Assembly (NCBI RefSeq): GCF_964213995.1
Contig: NC_135803.1
Coordinates: 41,354,001 to 41,418,000 of the forward strand
Direction: 5' to 3'
Origin: Mustelus asterias
Lineage: Eukaryota
DNA length: 64,000 bases
This document shows positions 49,142 to 61,790 of this stretch, piece by piece; within the stretch, counting starts at the first letter, position 1, and every line of letters starts with the position of its first letter. A program made the position numbers and the translations under genes. Below the pieces are notes generated by a model, which saw nothing but the letters and a program-made list of their open reading frames with translations, had not been told where the DNA came from and ran no database searches.

Positions 49142-49932
49142 GGGCAGGGTAGCACAGTGGTTAGCACTGCTGCCTCACAGGAACCCGGGTTCAATTCCCA
49201 GATTGGGTCACTGTCTGTGTGGAGTCTGCATGTTCTCCCCATGTCTGTATGGGTTTCCTCCAGGTGCTCCGGTTTCTTTCCACAGTCCAAAAAATGGGCT
49301 GGTTAGGTGCATTGGCCATGCTAAATTCTCCATCAGTGTACCCCGAACAGACGTCAAAGTGTGGCGACTAGGCGATTTTCACAGTAACGTCATTGCAGTG
49401 CTAATGTAAGCCTACTTGTGACACTAATAATTAAACTTGAAAATTTTAAACTAGATACACCACAATGCTGTTAGAAAAGGATTTCCAGGATTTTGACCCA
49501 ATGACAGTGAAGGAACAGTGATATAATTCAAGAAGGTTTGTGGCTTGGTGGGAACTCGGTGGTGTTCCCATATCTATGCTAACCTTGTCTTTCAAGGTGG
49601 TTGAGGTCTCCAATTTGGAAGATGTTGTCTTGTATGTGTTTTTAAAAAATTATTATTGATGTCTCAAGTACATTAACACTGCAATGAAGTTACTGTGAAA
49701 ATCCCCGAGACACCACACTCCGGCGTCTGTTCGGGTACACTGAGGGAGAATTTAGCACGGCCAATGCACTTAACCAGCATGTCTTTCAGACTGTGGGGGG
49801 AAATCGGAGCACCCAGAGGAAACCCATGCAGACATAGAGAGAACATGCAAACTCCACACAGTCAGTGACCCAAATCGAGAATCGAACCCGGGTCCCAGGC
49901 AGCAGTGCTACCACTGTGCCACCATGTCACCC
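49142..49932. mobile_element. Inverted pair of alternative-tail V-SINEs (+49142-49450; -49650-49932)
   Basis: Both show head, V-domain and cattgcagtg tail in opposite orientation. Confidence 0.87.
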
Positions 49933-50409
49933 TTGGGGGATGCACTGCTGCTACTGTGTGTTGGAGGTGGAGTGTATGAATAGTAAGCTGGTAGATGGGG
50001 TGCTGCTGATCAAGCAAGCTGCTTTGTTCTGGATTGTGTAGAGGAAAACCTAAAGAATAGCAGTCTGAGAACATAGTTCTGAAGAGTATGTTAGCATATT
50101 CTTGAAATTGCTACTAAATTATTTTTAATTAACAATTATAAATATTTCTAATATTTCAGCACAACATACTGCATTTAACAGAGTTATGTGCTTATTAGCA
50201 GAACTAGAGTTGAACATAATATGCTTCATTGTTCAGCTTTCCTATCCTCTGGTCTATTGCACTTTGTGCTGTGTGTAATAATGCCTCAGGCTTCATTTTT
50301 TATATTCTTCTATAACCCCAGGGAAAGGTGACCATTTTATAATTCCCATTACGTAGTCAATAATTAATACATTTAAATGAAAACTCAGCTAAAAAGGTTT
50401 CAACAAAAT

Positions 50410-50415
50410 TTTATT
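50410..50415 (-). promoter_or_regulatory. Candidate USP13 polyadenylation signal
   Basis: AATAAA on minus strand near the edge of a long repeat-poor AT-rich tract ~5.3 kb after the stop. Confidence 0.4.
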
Positions 50416-53400
50416 GAATTACTCCAATGTTGTAACTGAAACAATGAAGATTGTGCGCCAATGTTGTCCAACATTTTCCAGTTACATTAATACTGATGAC
50501 AGAGTGGTTTCTGCAACTGCAGCAGTTAAGGATGAGATCCAAACATCCAGAGACACTCTGCTTCAAATAAGTTACTTCTAAAAACCTCAATGATGTTATT
50601 GTTATACAACGGTGTAAAACACCAGTACCGTATTAATAAAATTTAAAAATAGATGTGGATGTAACAAGAGAAAGCTAGAACAGGAGAAGACAATGGCTTC
50701 AGTGTTCACATCAGTCAAACAGCATAGACCTGTAACTCTCACCAAAGCTGTAAAAAGGCAGCCGCAATGGATTAGAGAAAGAATATAGGAAGGCAAAGGT
50801 TACTACATTCATAGAAAATGTTTCAAAAGTAATTTCATTTGAATGCTGGCACTCCCAAATATGTAAAACCATCTTGCTAATAAGAAATATGAATTCCTGT
50901 TACTTTCACCAGTGACTTTTCCCCACTAGGCCATGTCCGCCCCACAACATTGCCTCCCCTTCTTGTTGGCTGACAGTCATCTTTAGAGTCAAACTGATGG
51001 AGGTGAGGAACAAGTTAGAGTTTTATCAGTTTGGGGAAGGCAATGAAAGGGATGGGGCAAAGCCCAAGGACTGAGAGTATACAGTGGATGAGGCGAAGCA
51101 GGACTGAATGAGTGGAGTGGAAAGAGCAGATGGATGAGGAAGGGGTGAAATGGGAAGGTGATATAGGGATCAGGTTTATTTTGATGCTTAGGAAAGAGTT
51201 CAAATTTATTTTTTGAATGTAATTGAAATATCCAAATTCACAAAAATGGGAGTTCCAAATATGCAAAACATTTCCTCTGTTCATACTGTGAATCTTTTTT
51301 CGCCATCGTGCCGGTAATAAGTGAAGCACAAGACAAGATAAAAGAGTTTCATCTCCAATTGCTAAGAAAATGACACCATGAAAGTTAACTAAACCATCTG
51401 AATCTACTGCTTGAGGGATTAATGAGGGTTACTTTGGTCTAATAGTTGTTTAAGCACATAAATTAAAACAAGTGCAAGTTTGTCAAATGTGCCAAGTTCT
51501 TAACAACATTTCCTACATACTGACCCACAAGCCACCCTTCAGAATGTTTCTGTTATGCAACAAACATGGATGTGGATACTTTTTCTTTTAATTGGATCTC
51601 TCAGCAAATAGAGATTATATAAAATACCTTCACTGCTAACTCACCGTCAAGTACAGCATTATATTATAAATTAGAACTGCTTCAATAATAGGTTATTTTT
51701 GAACTTAATTGATCACACAGGGATGCCCAGGAAATAATGTCCACTGATGGATTTGATAAACATTAAAAGAACTTATTTAAATTTTGGTACATACACAGAA
51801 AGGCTGATAATTCTAATGCAAATAAAGTGGCTTCTCAGTTTGAGAGGTACTGCATAATATGTTCACAAACCATTAAAACATATTGTAATATACTATCGCT
51901 AAATCTTAAATCTACTTGTGAGCAGGAACTCATCTTACAAAAGCCAATTAAAAGTCATGCACTGATAGAATTTGAGGTTTATTTGGTGTTGTGGTATCAG
52001 AGGCCCAAAACTGAACTTGGCTTTGAGATTACAATTAGTCTATTTGCAATCAACATTTTAAGATTTTCCATTGACTTGATGTATTGATTTAATTAAAGTG
52101 TGAACACAATCCCATGTTTTAGAATTTTTAGTCATCCAAATAGCATTGCTGATTTTTGATTTAGACTTGACATAATAGGTTCCTATCAAAATAAAGTTGG
52201 TCTTAATTATATAAGACATGAGCAAAAGTGTGGTGCACCAAAGCTGGTCACAGCATTGGGAGTGCTCCAGCAACCCTACGTACCTCAATGTAATACTGCA
52301 GTGTAATTTTTAAGGTTCACTTTAGAAATCCTCAATGTTCCTTTAATTTTAAACTTGACATGAAGTAACATGAATAGAGCTGAAAAAAGTAATTTACCCA
52401 AGTTTTACTGATACCATGGCAAGTGAAAAAATAACAATGCAATGGTTTGTAAAGTTATGAGTGGCAACATGATTAGACCCTAGAATTTACATGACTATTT
52501 AATTAGACTCTACACAATTCATTTTAAGGAAAGCCATCCAACACTTCAAACAACTGCCTACTTTCTTGAGGTCCTCCCACCATCCTGTCATGGTTAACAC
52601 CATCTCTTTTCTCCAAATTATGGCAACAATTACTGTAATCTGTTCCAGTCAACAAATGAGAAGTCTTAGAGATTCCATCAATGTTACAATCATGAATTGC
52701 TAAGGGCAGAGTTGTTTCCTTCAGTGTAATGTATTTTAGCATATCTAACCCTATTTTAAGTTCTGCCACATTTAAGAGAGCCATGATTCTTCCCCATAAT
52801 TTTAGCTCGTGTCAACCAATCAAGTCTACACCGCACTTTGTAACCATCAGTTGCAGGAGTGATTTAAGGAAGGAGTCACCCACTACAAAATCTAGAAGGC
52901 AAGAAACCAAGGTCTTGAGTTTTGCAATTTTTCCCGTATTCCCCAGCACTGACACCTTTCTCCTTGATGGGCAAACAAAATATTAAAAACGTCACAAGAT
53001 AAAAGAACCATTCTGCTCACAAAAAACTATTTTGCTTTCTCCTTTTATCTGATGCTGTCCGGTCAAACATTTCTTGCAGTACGCACACCCTTAGACTTTA
53101 AAGCACCCATGATTGGCAAGTCATGTAATTCTTTCCCGGTTATCTTCCAAATTGGCTCCAGATGGAAACACCTTTGCATTTGTCAGATATGCCAGCTACT
53201 CTTTCACCTTCATGTGACTCTTTTCCATCCAACCTGATGCATGGGTCTCAAGTCTAGTAACTGGGGAGTTGTTCAATAACACAAAAGGATTGTTGTGTCT
53301 GTTCTCAAGCCTTGGTGATAATTACTTAGCTCTCCAGACTTAGACAGCATGTAATTTACTGCAACAAAAGGCGTCTAGAATAATTCCAGGGTTCAGTGGT

Positions 53401-55733
53401 GTCAGTAACAGAACTACAAATTATCGTTTAATCTATGGCTCTGTGATATCACAACACTCTTCATAGGTGATAATAAACAAAACGTACTAAAATTGGCACG
53501 GAGCTCCAAAAGAACCTATTTGTCAGCAGGAAAGAAAATAGAATTGTCAAAGATCCCTTAACTACACCTAGTCTAACATTATATGTCCCTGTCATGACCT
53601 TGTGTATATTTACCCCTCCCTAGCGACAATCAGTGCCTATTTCACAGGAGCATGATTTAGATCTGACATTTTACAGCTGTGCAGCAGAACAGATATAATT
53701 TAGAATGAAACAGCATCCTTATTGTTACATGCATTGCAAATGAACCCATCTAGAAGCTATTTTGGGGCGGAAGTTAGGTGGATCTTCAACAAGACAAACT
53801 TCTAGCCCATTTTTCACTACTGTTCAATTTATTCCGCAGCAGACAACTAGCAGTAGAAAATTCATTTTGAGAAATCTTACTATAAGTCAACAGTCTTATC
53901 TGACAACAAATGACTAAGACAATAGCTTAGTCTTTGGTTCCAGTAATGGATGGAGGATTGATTACATGGTGTGAATCAAAGATTCTTGAGACAGGCCTCT
54001 TTTGTTTTCTCAGTTAAATAGTTGAGCTTATCATATGAAAGTTGAGTTTACTTTCATTTGAGGAAGTTTGCCAAAGAAAGGTATCTTTTAGGGACACAAG
54101 ATTGCAATGAGCTATTACTCTACTTAAATGGAAGCAATGTTGTAAATCATATCACTACAACTTATAAGACTAAAATTAAGGTATTGACACAATTTTTCTG
54201 ATAGTTGTTAGAATCATTAGGTAGAATCTTGTCCCCTTTAAGAATACTTGCAGGGCAGGACCTAGTCCAGGTCCACACATGCCAGCATGCACCTGCTAGC
54301 ACCATCTTCTTGGAGTCGGCCTCCTATTTGGCTGTGCCACTGTCCAATTAGCAATTCCTGAGGCTGCAGGCCTAATCAGGGGGGCTGCAACCCTGGATGG
54401 ATGGCAGTGGTGGAAGGAAAACATCAGCATATCTGCTGTAGGAGGATGACTGCCAGGACATCTCCATTTTGTGGTACCTTTTGGAGATGTCTGTAGCTTT
54501 AACTCCCCCTGCATTGTTGTCTGCGGCCACAGCAAGGATTCACAGATCCATTCAGCTTCAGTAAGAGGATTTGGGAGGGTGGGGGAATCTGAAAGAGATC
54601 TTGTGGCCCACGAGTAACCTTTCTGCAGGGACCTGCCAAGCTTTGGCCTCAGCAGGGAGCCCAGTTGCTGCCAGGAAGATTCCTCAGTGTTCCCAACCTT
54701 ACCACAATTGAACAATTAATTATGCAAAGTGACTAGCTGCTAGGCAGGTAGCCATTGCTACCTCCACTTCACCTCTGACAGAATCATCCAGAGGCGGGAA
54801 CCAATTGACAAAATACCTTCATCCCGCCCTCATCATCGAAGCCTCTTCAGGAGGCCAGTAAGAGTCCATCCAATGTTTGCAAACACTATTGTTAAATAGA
54901 ATAACAGCCTGATTCTACGTGCAACAAGAAATAAAATTATGCTAAATGAATGGCTGAGTGAGATTCGAGAAATTTAGCTTTTGGTTAGGCTTTTTACATG
55001 GCTTGGGCAAGATTGGTCATATTGAAGGTCATATATACTTGTATCAAGACCAACTAAATATTTTAAGGGTCGAGATTTTGTGATTGAATACATCGTATGC
55101 TACATATATGACTTTGTGAATGTTGGTTTCAATATGAATCCATGGGTTTGTTTGAACTTTTAAACTAATCAGTAACAGTGAGGCACATCTGTACTTTTAA
55201 ATATTTGGTTAGTGCTAAATACAAAAGCTCTCCCTTTTAAACAGCTATTTAGAAAGGAAAACCCTAAAATCAGTGCTTTCTGCGGAGGATGAATGCTTTC
55301 AATGAGATCGCTATGTTTTTATGGAGCGCCCATTCAAAAAAGAACAAACAAAAGGAACAATCATTCTGACAAATGAACTAGAATAAGAGGGAAAGAAGGC
55401 AATGGAAGAAATGATGAAGATGTTCTGATACGTTAAAAAAAACTTGCTAAAGTCAGTTAAAAGTAAACTGATTGCACACACCTCTGATACGCTTCTTCAG
55501 CTTCTCCAGATGCAGTTTTAAAATAAGAACAAAAAAAACTGTCAATATATTAAACAATAAAAATTTTCCCTCTTATATCAAACATACTATTGCATTATAA
55601 TTGTGTTTTCTATAAATAAAGTAGTTGCACAGTAATGACAGAATCCACAGTTTCCCCCCCCAAACCTTTGACGGTTTATAATTTTTGGATCTTTGGAAAG
55701 AAGGTTATGGGTTTCCATACATAGGTCTCAAGC

Positions 55734-55827
55734 TTAGTAGCACATCCGCTGATAAAAGTAAATGTATCCCAGGTCTTTAGGGGGTTTCTCTGAAGCACAG
55801 ACTTTATGGTCATTGTAGATTACCCAC
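55734..55827 (-). CDS. USP13: USP13 last coding exon [30 protein letters not shown]
   Basis: ctattcag acceptor; WVIYND...PPKDLGY.YFY terminus of USP5/13; TAA at 55736-55734. Confidence 0.96.
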
Positions 55828-56974
55828 CTGAATAGAAGAAATGGAGATGCAATTAACTAATGCAAGAATAAAATAACAATTTATATTTATATAGCACCTT
55901 TCACATAATAAAAGATCCCAAGATGCTTCGCAAGAGCATTATAAAACCAAGCACGACACTGAGCCATTATATCTGGTTCACTAATGTCCTTTAGGGAAGG
56001 AAATCTGCCGTCCTTACCTGGTCTGGCCTACATGTGACTCCAGACACACAGCAATGTGGTTGATTCTCATCTGCCCTCGGGCAACTAGGGATGGGCAATA
56101 AATGCTGGACAGTCGGTGATGCCCATGTCCCACGAATCAATTTTTTTAAAAAAATTAGGCAATAAAAAATTAGGATAGATGACCGAGAAGTAGGTTTTAA
56201 GAAGAGGTCTTAAAGGAGGTAGGTGAGGTAGAGAGGCGGAGAGAGGTAGGAAGGGTATTCCAGCGCTTGGGGCCTTGGAGCGGTTGAGGGCACAGCCAAA
56301 AATGGTTCAGCAATTAAAATCAGATTTGGAAGTCAGAATTCGAGAAGTGCAGATATCTCAGAGGGTTGTGAGGTTGGAAGAGATAATAGCAAAGGGAGAA
56401 GGGAGGCAGGCAAGGCTATGGATAGATTTGAAACAAGGATGAAAATTTTAAAATCAAGATGTTACTTGACTGGGGACTAATGTAGGTCACTGAGCACAGG
56501 GATGAATGTGGAACAGGAATAGGTGCAAATTAAGACATGGGCAGCAGAGTTTTGGATGACCTCAAGTTTGCAGAGGGTAGAATGTGTAACACTAGCCAAG
56601 TGTGCTTTGCAATAGTGAAGTCTAGAGGTAATAAGTACATAAAACACACTCTTGGTTCACAGCAATTAATTAAAATAGTATAAAACACTCAAATATTTTG
56701 GCGTACTCATAGAACATACATACCATATGATTTTGTTACACCTTTCAATTTTTTTTCTCAAAACATTTTTCCATGGTTTTTCAACCATCTAATGAGTAAA
56801 ACATATTGACCCATTAACACCAAGTATTTATACTACAGATCCAGCAACAGAAACAAATTGGATCTACCCTAATTCTCTGTTCAGAGTTGAATTGATGTTA
56901 ATGTAGAATAAAGTTATAAAAGCTCAAATACATTTAGCAGTTTGAACATCCTTTCCAAAGAAACTAGTACCTAC

Positions 56975-57059
56975 CTTCCCTCCTTTTTGATATGGCAGAC
57001 ATAATGGCCAGACATTGTGGATGGTCCCATATGGCTAATAAAAGCAAACAGCTCATATC
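56975..57059 (-). CDS. USP13: USP13 exon [29 protein letters not shown] (His box)
   Basis: ctgcag acceptor, ag|gtaggt donor, 85 nt; catalytic GHY motif. Confidence 0.97.
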
Positions 57060-59223
57060 CTGCAGATTAAATCAAACCGCAGATCATTAAATTACATCTT
57101 AGAGCAGTATAAAATACAGAAAATGTCTTTATCCAGCTGTTATCTTTGTTACCTTGTCATCTGAAAAGGAAAAACATGCAGAGTTATCGGGAGAAAATGG
57201 GAGAATGGCGCTAAGTGAATTATTCAGTCCGAGAGATGGTAGAGACATGATGGCCTCTCTCTGCACTATGACAATTGAGAGATTCTGGGTTGTATAAAAT
57301 AATTAAATTCAACATTACCGAGACAGAGAACTGATTCTGGTAAGTAAAGAAATGTAGTCAGTCGTGCGCCATTTGCAGATTTTCCAATGCCTCTGCAGGC
57401 AGGCAGGGGAGAGAATTCTGCGCAAAGTCCAAAAATCAGTTTTATGCCAGTGAACTTCCCCTGGGATCTTCCACTGCTGCCCGCCATGGCAGATTGGGAA
57501 ACTGATTTGCATCCCGCTAATGGGAAGCAGATGAATCCTGACTGGAATCTTCCCCCCATGTATGAATCTGCGACGCCAACAGGAAAACACGCCGGAACGT
57601 GTAGGAGTCTGAACTTATCCGAAGAACGCCTGGGACTGCCTCTAGAGTTCGGGATGGAGACTGCCAGCAACCCTGGGACACCACAGCTGTGGGTTGGGGG
57701 GAGCATCTATCGAGTGGATCTTGCAGCTTCCATGTCAGTAAGGAAATCCATTTTATAGTCTCAAGAGATCCATTTCTTTTCTTCAATGGTGGATGAATGA
57801 CATTGGGTGCCTTTTCAATATGGCACTCAGGTATGACGGCAGGACATGCGCAATCAAGCCCAGCCCACCACAGAATACTGCGCTAAACCACAGATGCATA
57901 ATTAATGAGGTTGGGGTAGGAAGATGTGGCATGGTTTTCCTTCTGCCTCTGCAGTGGGAAACACTTCCGTCCCCACTCCCACCATGGGAGATACTTTGGC
58001 CCTTCCTGCTGGCTAGGTCTTCCGGTTCCACCGCCAGTTACCCCCTGTGCTGGGTTCCCCAGTGATGGAGAGTGAGAGCATCGAAAAAAGCCATTGACTT
58101 CGGCAGGACCTGAAGATCCCACTACTAGCCAATGGCGGGTCAAGTCTGCCACCGCAAAACACATCGCGGGGGATGTGGACACAAAATCCCTCCCAATGAA
58201 TTAGGAAAATTATTTTATATTGTACAACAAAAGTAGAACCAAGAGGACATGGTTAAAACAAGTGAACAGCAAATTTAGGACTGAGATTTGTAAATCATTC
58301 TTCAATGACAGAGTAATCAACACATGGAAACATAACAGAGTAAGTAGTACATGCAAAAAGCCTGATATCATTTCTGAAACAATTCTAAAATGGGTGTATT
58401 TTAAGATTTTCCAGGCTGCATGGATTAAAATAGGCTGAATAGTTTATCCTAATGCGCAATTATCTTGTGGTCAACTTGTACTTTAACATGGACAATTGGC
58501 ACTTCACCCAGATGTTGTTGATTATGCCTGAGAGGACGATAGTATAAATTCAGGAAATATACCTTGAAACTCATGGAAAATCTGAAGCTCTACCCTTTGG
58601 TTTCAGGGGGCTTTAAAGGTGTGCTACGTTTTTTAGGTTTTCTACCCAGGTATTATTCAGGGGTTTCAATATCATAGAACATCCCATAAAATAACCTGTA
58701 TTCTCAACATCTAAAATGTGTCTTTGCTTACCCAATCTCTAGGAAATTGCAACGATCCCAGATGTTGAACAGTGAACCATCATCATTGGATATACCATTG
58801 CTCAGAAATTGGGCCTCATCTATTTTTGGGAGAGCTTGAGGGTGCGGGAGTGGCTGTGCTTAGCTCGATCCCCCCTCCATGCCTGGAGGTCTCCAGATTT
58901 GGCCTCAGGTCACATTTCAGTATTGCCCATAAAGAGTGAGGAACCCACTGGTGAAAAGAAATCCAACTTTGGGTCATTGCCAGTATTGCAGTTGTGCTCA
59001 GGTAAATGTTCTTGGGCATTACATCAATTTATAGATTACAAGGGCCTACATCTGAAAGAGACAGGCTCTATGAATACAGTAGGCTGTACTGTCAGGATCA
59101 GAGAGATATGGCTCTTGATCACTTTAAGATTGTTACTGATACATTAACAAGTAAAGCCAGTGAAAAATGACTCAAATAAAAGATCTGGCCTGAGAAAAGA
59201 TTAACTGATACTTAGGGAGTCTC

Positions 59224-60296
59224 GGAATAAATGGGTGTTTTTCCGGTTGGAGGAAGGTAACTAGTGGCGTGCCGCAGGGATCGGTACTCGGGCCGCAACT
59301 GTTTACCATTTATATAGATGATCTGGAGGAGGGGACGGAGTGTAGGGTAACGAAGTTTGCAGACGACACAAAGATAAGTGGAAAAGTGAATCGTGTGGAG
59401 GACGGAGAAGATCTGCAGAGAGATTTGGACAGGCTGAGTGAGTGGGCGAGGATATGGCAAATGGAGTATAACGTTGAGAAATGCGAGGTTATACACTTTG
59501 GAGGAAATAATAACAAATGGGATTACTATCTCAATGGAAACAAATTAAAACATGCTACCGTGCAAAGGGACCTGGGGGTCCTTGTGCATGAGACGCAAAA
59601 GCCCAGTCTGCAGGTACAACAGGTGATCAAGAAGGCAAATGGGATGTTGGCCTATATTGCGAGGGGGATAGAATATAAAAGCAGGGATGTCTTGATGCAC
59701 CTGTACAGGGCATTGGTGAGGCCGCAGCTGGAATACTGTGTGCAGTATTGGTCCCCTTATATGAGGAAGGATATATTGGCATTGGAGGGAGTGCAGAGAA
59801 GGTTCACCAGGTTGATACCGGAGATGAGGGGTTTGGATTATGAGGAGAGGCTGAGGAGATTGGGTTTGTACTCGTTGGAGTTTAGAAGGATGAGGGGGGA
59901 TCTTATGGAGACTTATAAGATAATGCGGGGGCTGGATAGGGTGGAGGCGGAGAGATTCTTTCCACTTAGTAAGGAAGTTAAAACTAGAGGACACAGCCTC
60001 AAAATAAAGGGGGGTCGGTTTAAGACAGAGTTGAGGAGGAACTTCTTCTCCCAGAGGGTGGTGAATCTCTGGAATTCTCTGCCCACTGAGGTGGTGGAGG
60101 CTACCTCGCTGAATATGTTTAAAGCGCGGATGGATGGATTCCTGAGCGGTAAGGGAATTAAGGGTTATGGGGATCAGGCGGGTAAGTGGTACTGATCCAC
60201 GTCAGATCAGCCATGATCTTATTGAATGGCGGGGCAGGCTCGAGGGGCTAGATGGCCTACTCCTGCTCCTATTCCTTATGTTCTTATGTTCTTATG
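59224..60296 (+). mobile_element. Young 5'-truncated CR1 with uninterrupted ORF2 C-terminus, antisense in USP13 intron
   Basis: 308-aa [11 protein letters not shown]...FADD...GKWY*; cttatgtt repeat end. Confidence 0.97.
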
Positions 60297-60616
60297 AGTC
60301 TGAATGCGTAATGACATTGAAAACAAGAAGGTTAAATGTCAGGTTTAGCCCTAACGGCACTGTAGGAGCACTTAGACTACAGCGGTCACCTTCTTAAGGA
60401 AAACTGGGGCTGCGTGATAAATGCTGGCCTTGCCAGTGACCCTCAAATCCCATAAAGGAATAGAAAAAAATTGAAGTTTACATGTCAATCAGATAATCCC
60501 AGGACCAATAGAATTAGGTGGTGCGTGTAAAATACAGAAACAAGAAGATTGCTTACTGTAGATGTGTTAATTCCTCTGTAAAAATAGGAGAAAAAAACAT
60601 TTCAAACGAAGACATT

Positions 60617-60718
60617 GGACGGGATTTTACGGCCTCGCTCGGGAGAGACCGGAAATTCCCGTTGTCGGACCCTCGCCCGCTCTGATTCTGTGGCGGGCGA
60701 GGTGGTAGAGTGCTGGCC
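60617..60718. mobile_element. Short MITE
   Basis: ggacgggattttac / gtagagtgctggcc ends, ATT TSD. Confidence 0.65.
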
Positions 60719-61186
60719 ATTAATTCCTCACACGATAATGTGAAGGTCCCAGTTTCAATGGAACTGACTTGGTGTCATTTTCATCACATTCAATTCCTCC
60801 TTCAAAAATTCCATAAAACGCAGGAAAAACTAAACTGTGATTGGTTGATCATCCCTCACTTTTCAGTGCAATCGCATGTTCTTTGTCACAAAAGGAAACC
60901 AACAAACAAAAAGGTTCTTTCTGTTCAGTGGGAAACTCACCTCACAACAATATGCAAACAGTTGTATTTCACATTAGACAAACGCTACAGTGAGAGAAAG
61001 TTTCAATAGTCAAACAGATAATTAACACAAGAAATCAGCATGATCTTTTTTCAATAAATATGACAAAAGTTTACTCGTAACTGATTTAGAGCTGAATTCA
61101 TTCTTTTTAATTACTTCTCTTGCTTCATTTTGTAAACTTAGGTTTGCTAATTGGCAGCATGTGTTAACACATTCCAGTGGACTTAC

Positions 61187-61340
61187 TTCCAGGTCCATCC
61201 TTGATTCTGGGCCCTGCTGGTTCTGCTTCCGCATTTGTAGTAATCTGTGATTCTGTATCAACATCCGATTCTGTTTCATTCTCATCTTCATTGTCTGCAT
61301 GGGTGAAGATCCAGTCCAGTGCTCTCTCCAGGTTGTTATT
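61187..61340 (-). CDS. USP13: USP13 exon [20 protein letters not shown]...GPRIKDGPG
   Basis: ttttgtag acceptor, a|gtaagt donor, 154 nt; [12 protein letters not shown] is USP13-type (USP5 has NNSLERAVDWIF). Confidence 0.95.
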
Positions 61341-61398
61341 CTACAAAAACAGCCGTACAATGATGAAATTTACTTTAATTGTTAAATCTAATGAGTCC

Positions 61399-61790
61399 GG
61401 AGCGTAGGAGGCTGAGGGGTGATCTTATAGAGGTCTATAAAATAATGAGGGACATAGATCAGCTAGATAGTCAAAATCTTTTCCCAAAGGTAGGGGAGTC
61501 TAAAACTAGAGGGCATAGGTTTAAAGTGAGAGGGGAGAGATACAAAAGGGTCCAGAGGGGCAATTTGGGTGGTGAGTGCCTGGAACAAGCTGCCAGAGGT
61601 AGTAGTAGAGGCGGGTACAATTTTGTCTTTTAAAAAGCATTTAGACAGTTCCATGGGTAAGATGGGTATAGAGGGATATGGGCCATATGTGGGCAACTGG
61701 GACTAGCTTAGGGGTTTAAAAAAAAAGGGCAGCATGGACAAGTTGGGCCAAAGTGGCCTGTTTCCATGCTGTAAATCTCTATGACTATGA
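61399..61790 (+). mobile_element. CR1 3' fragment
   Basis: ERRRLRGDLIEVYKIM...KTRGHRFKV; ctatgactatga tail. Confidence 0.88.
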
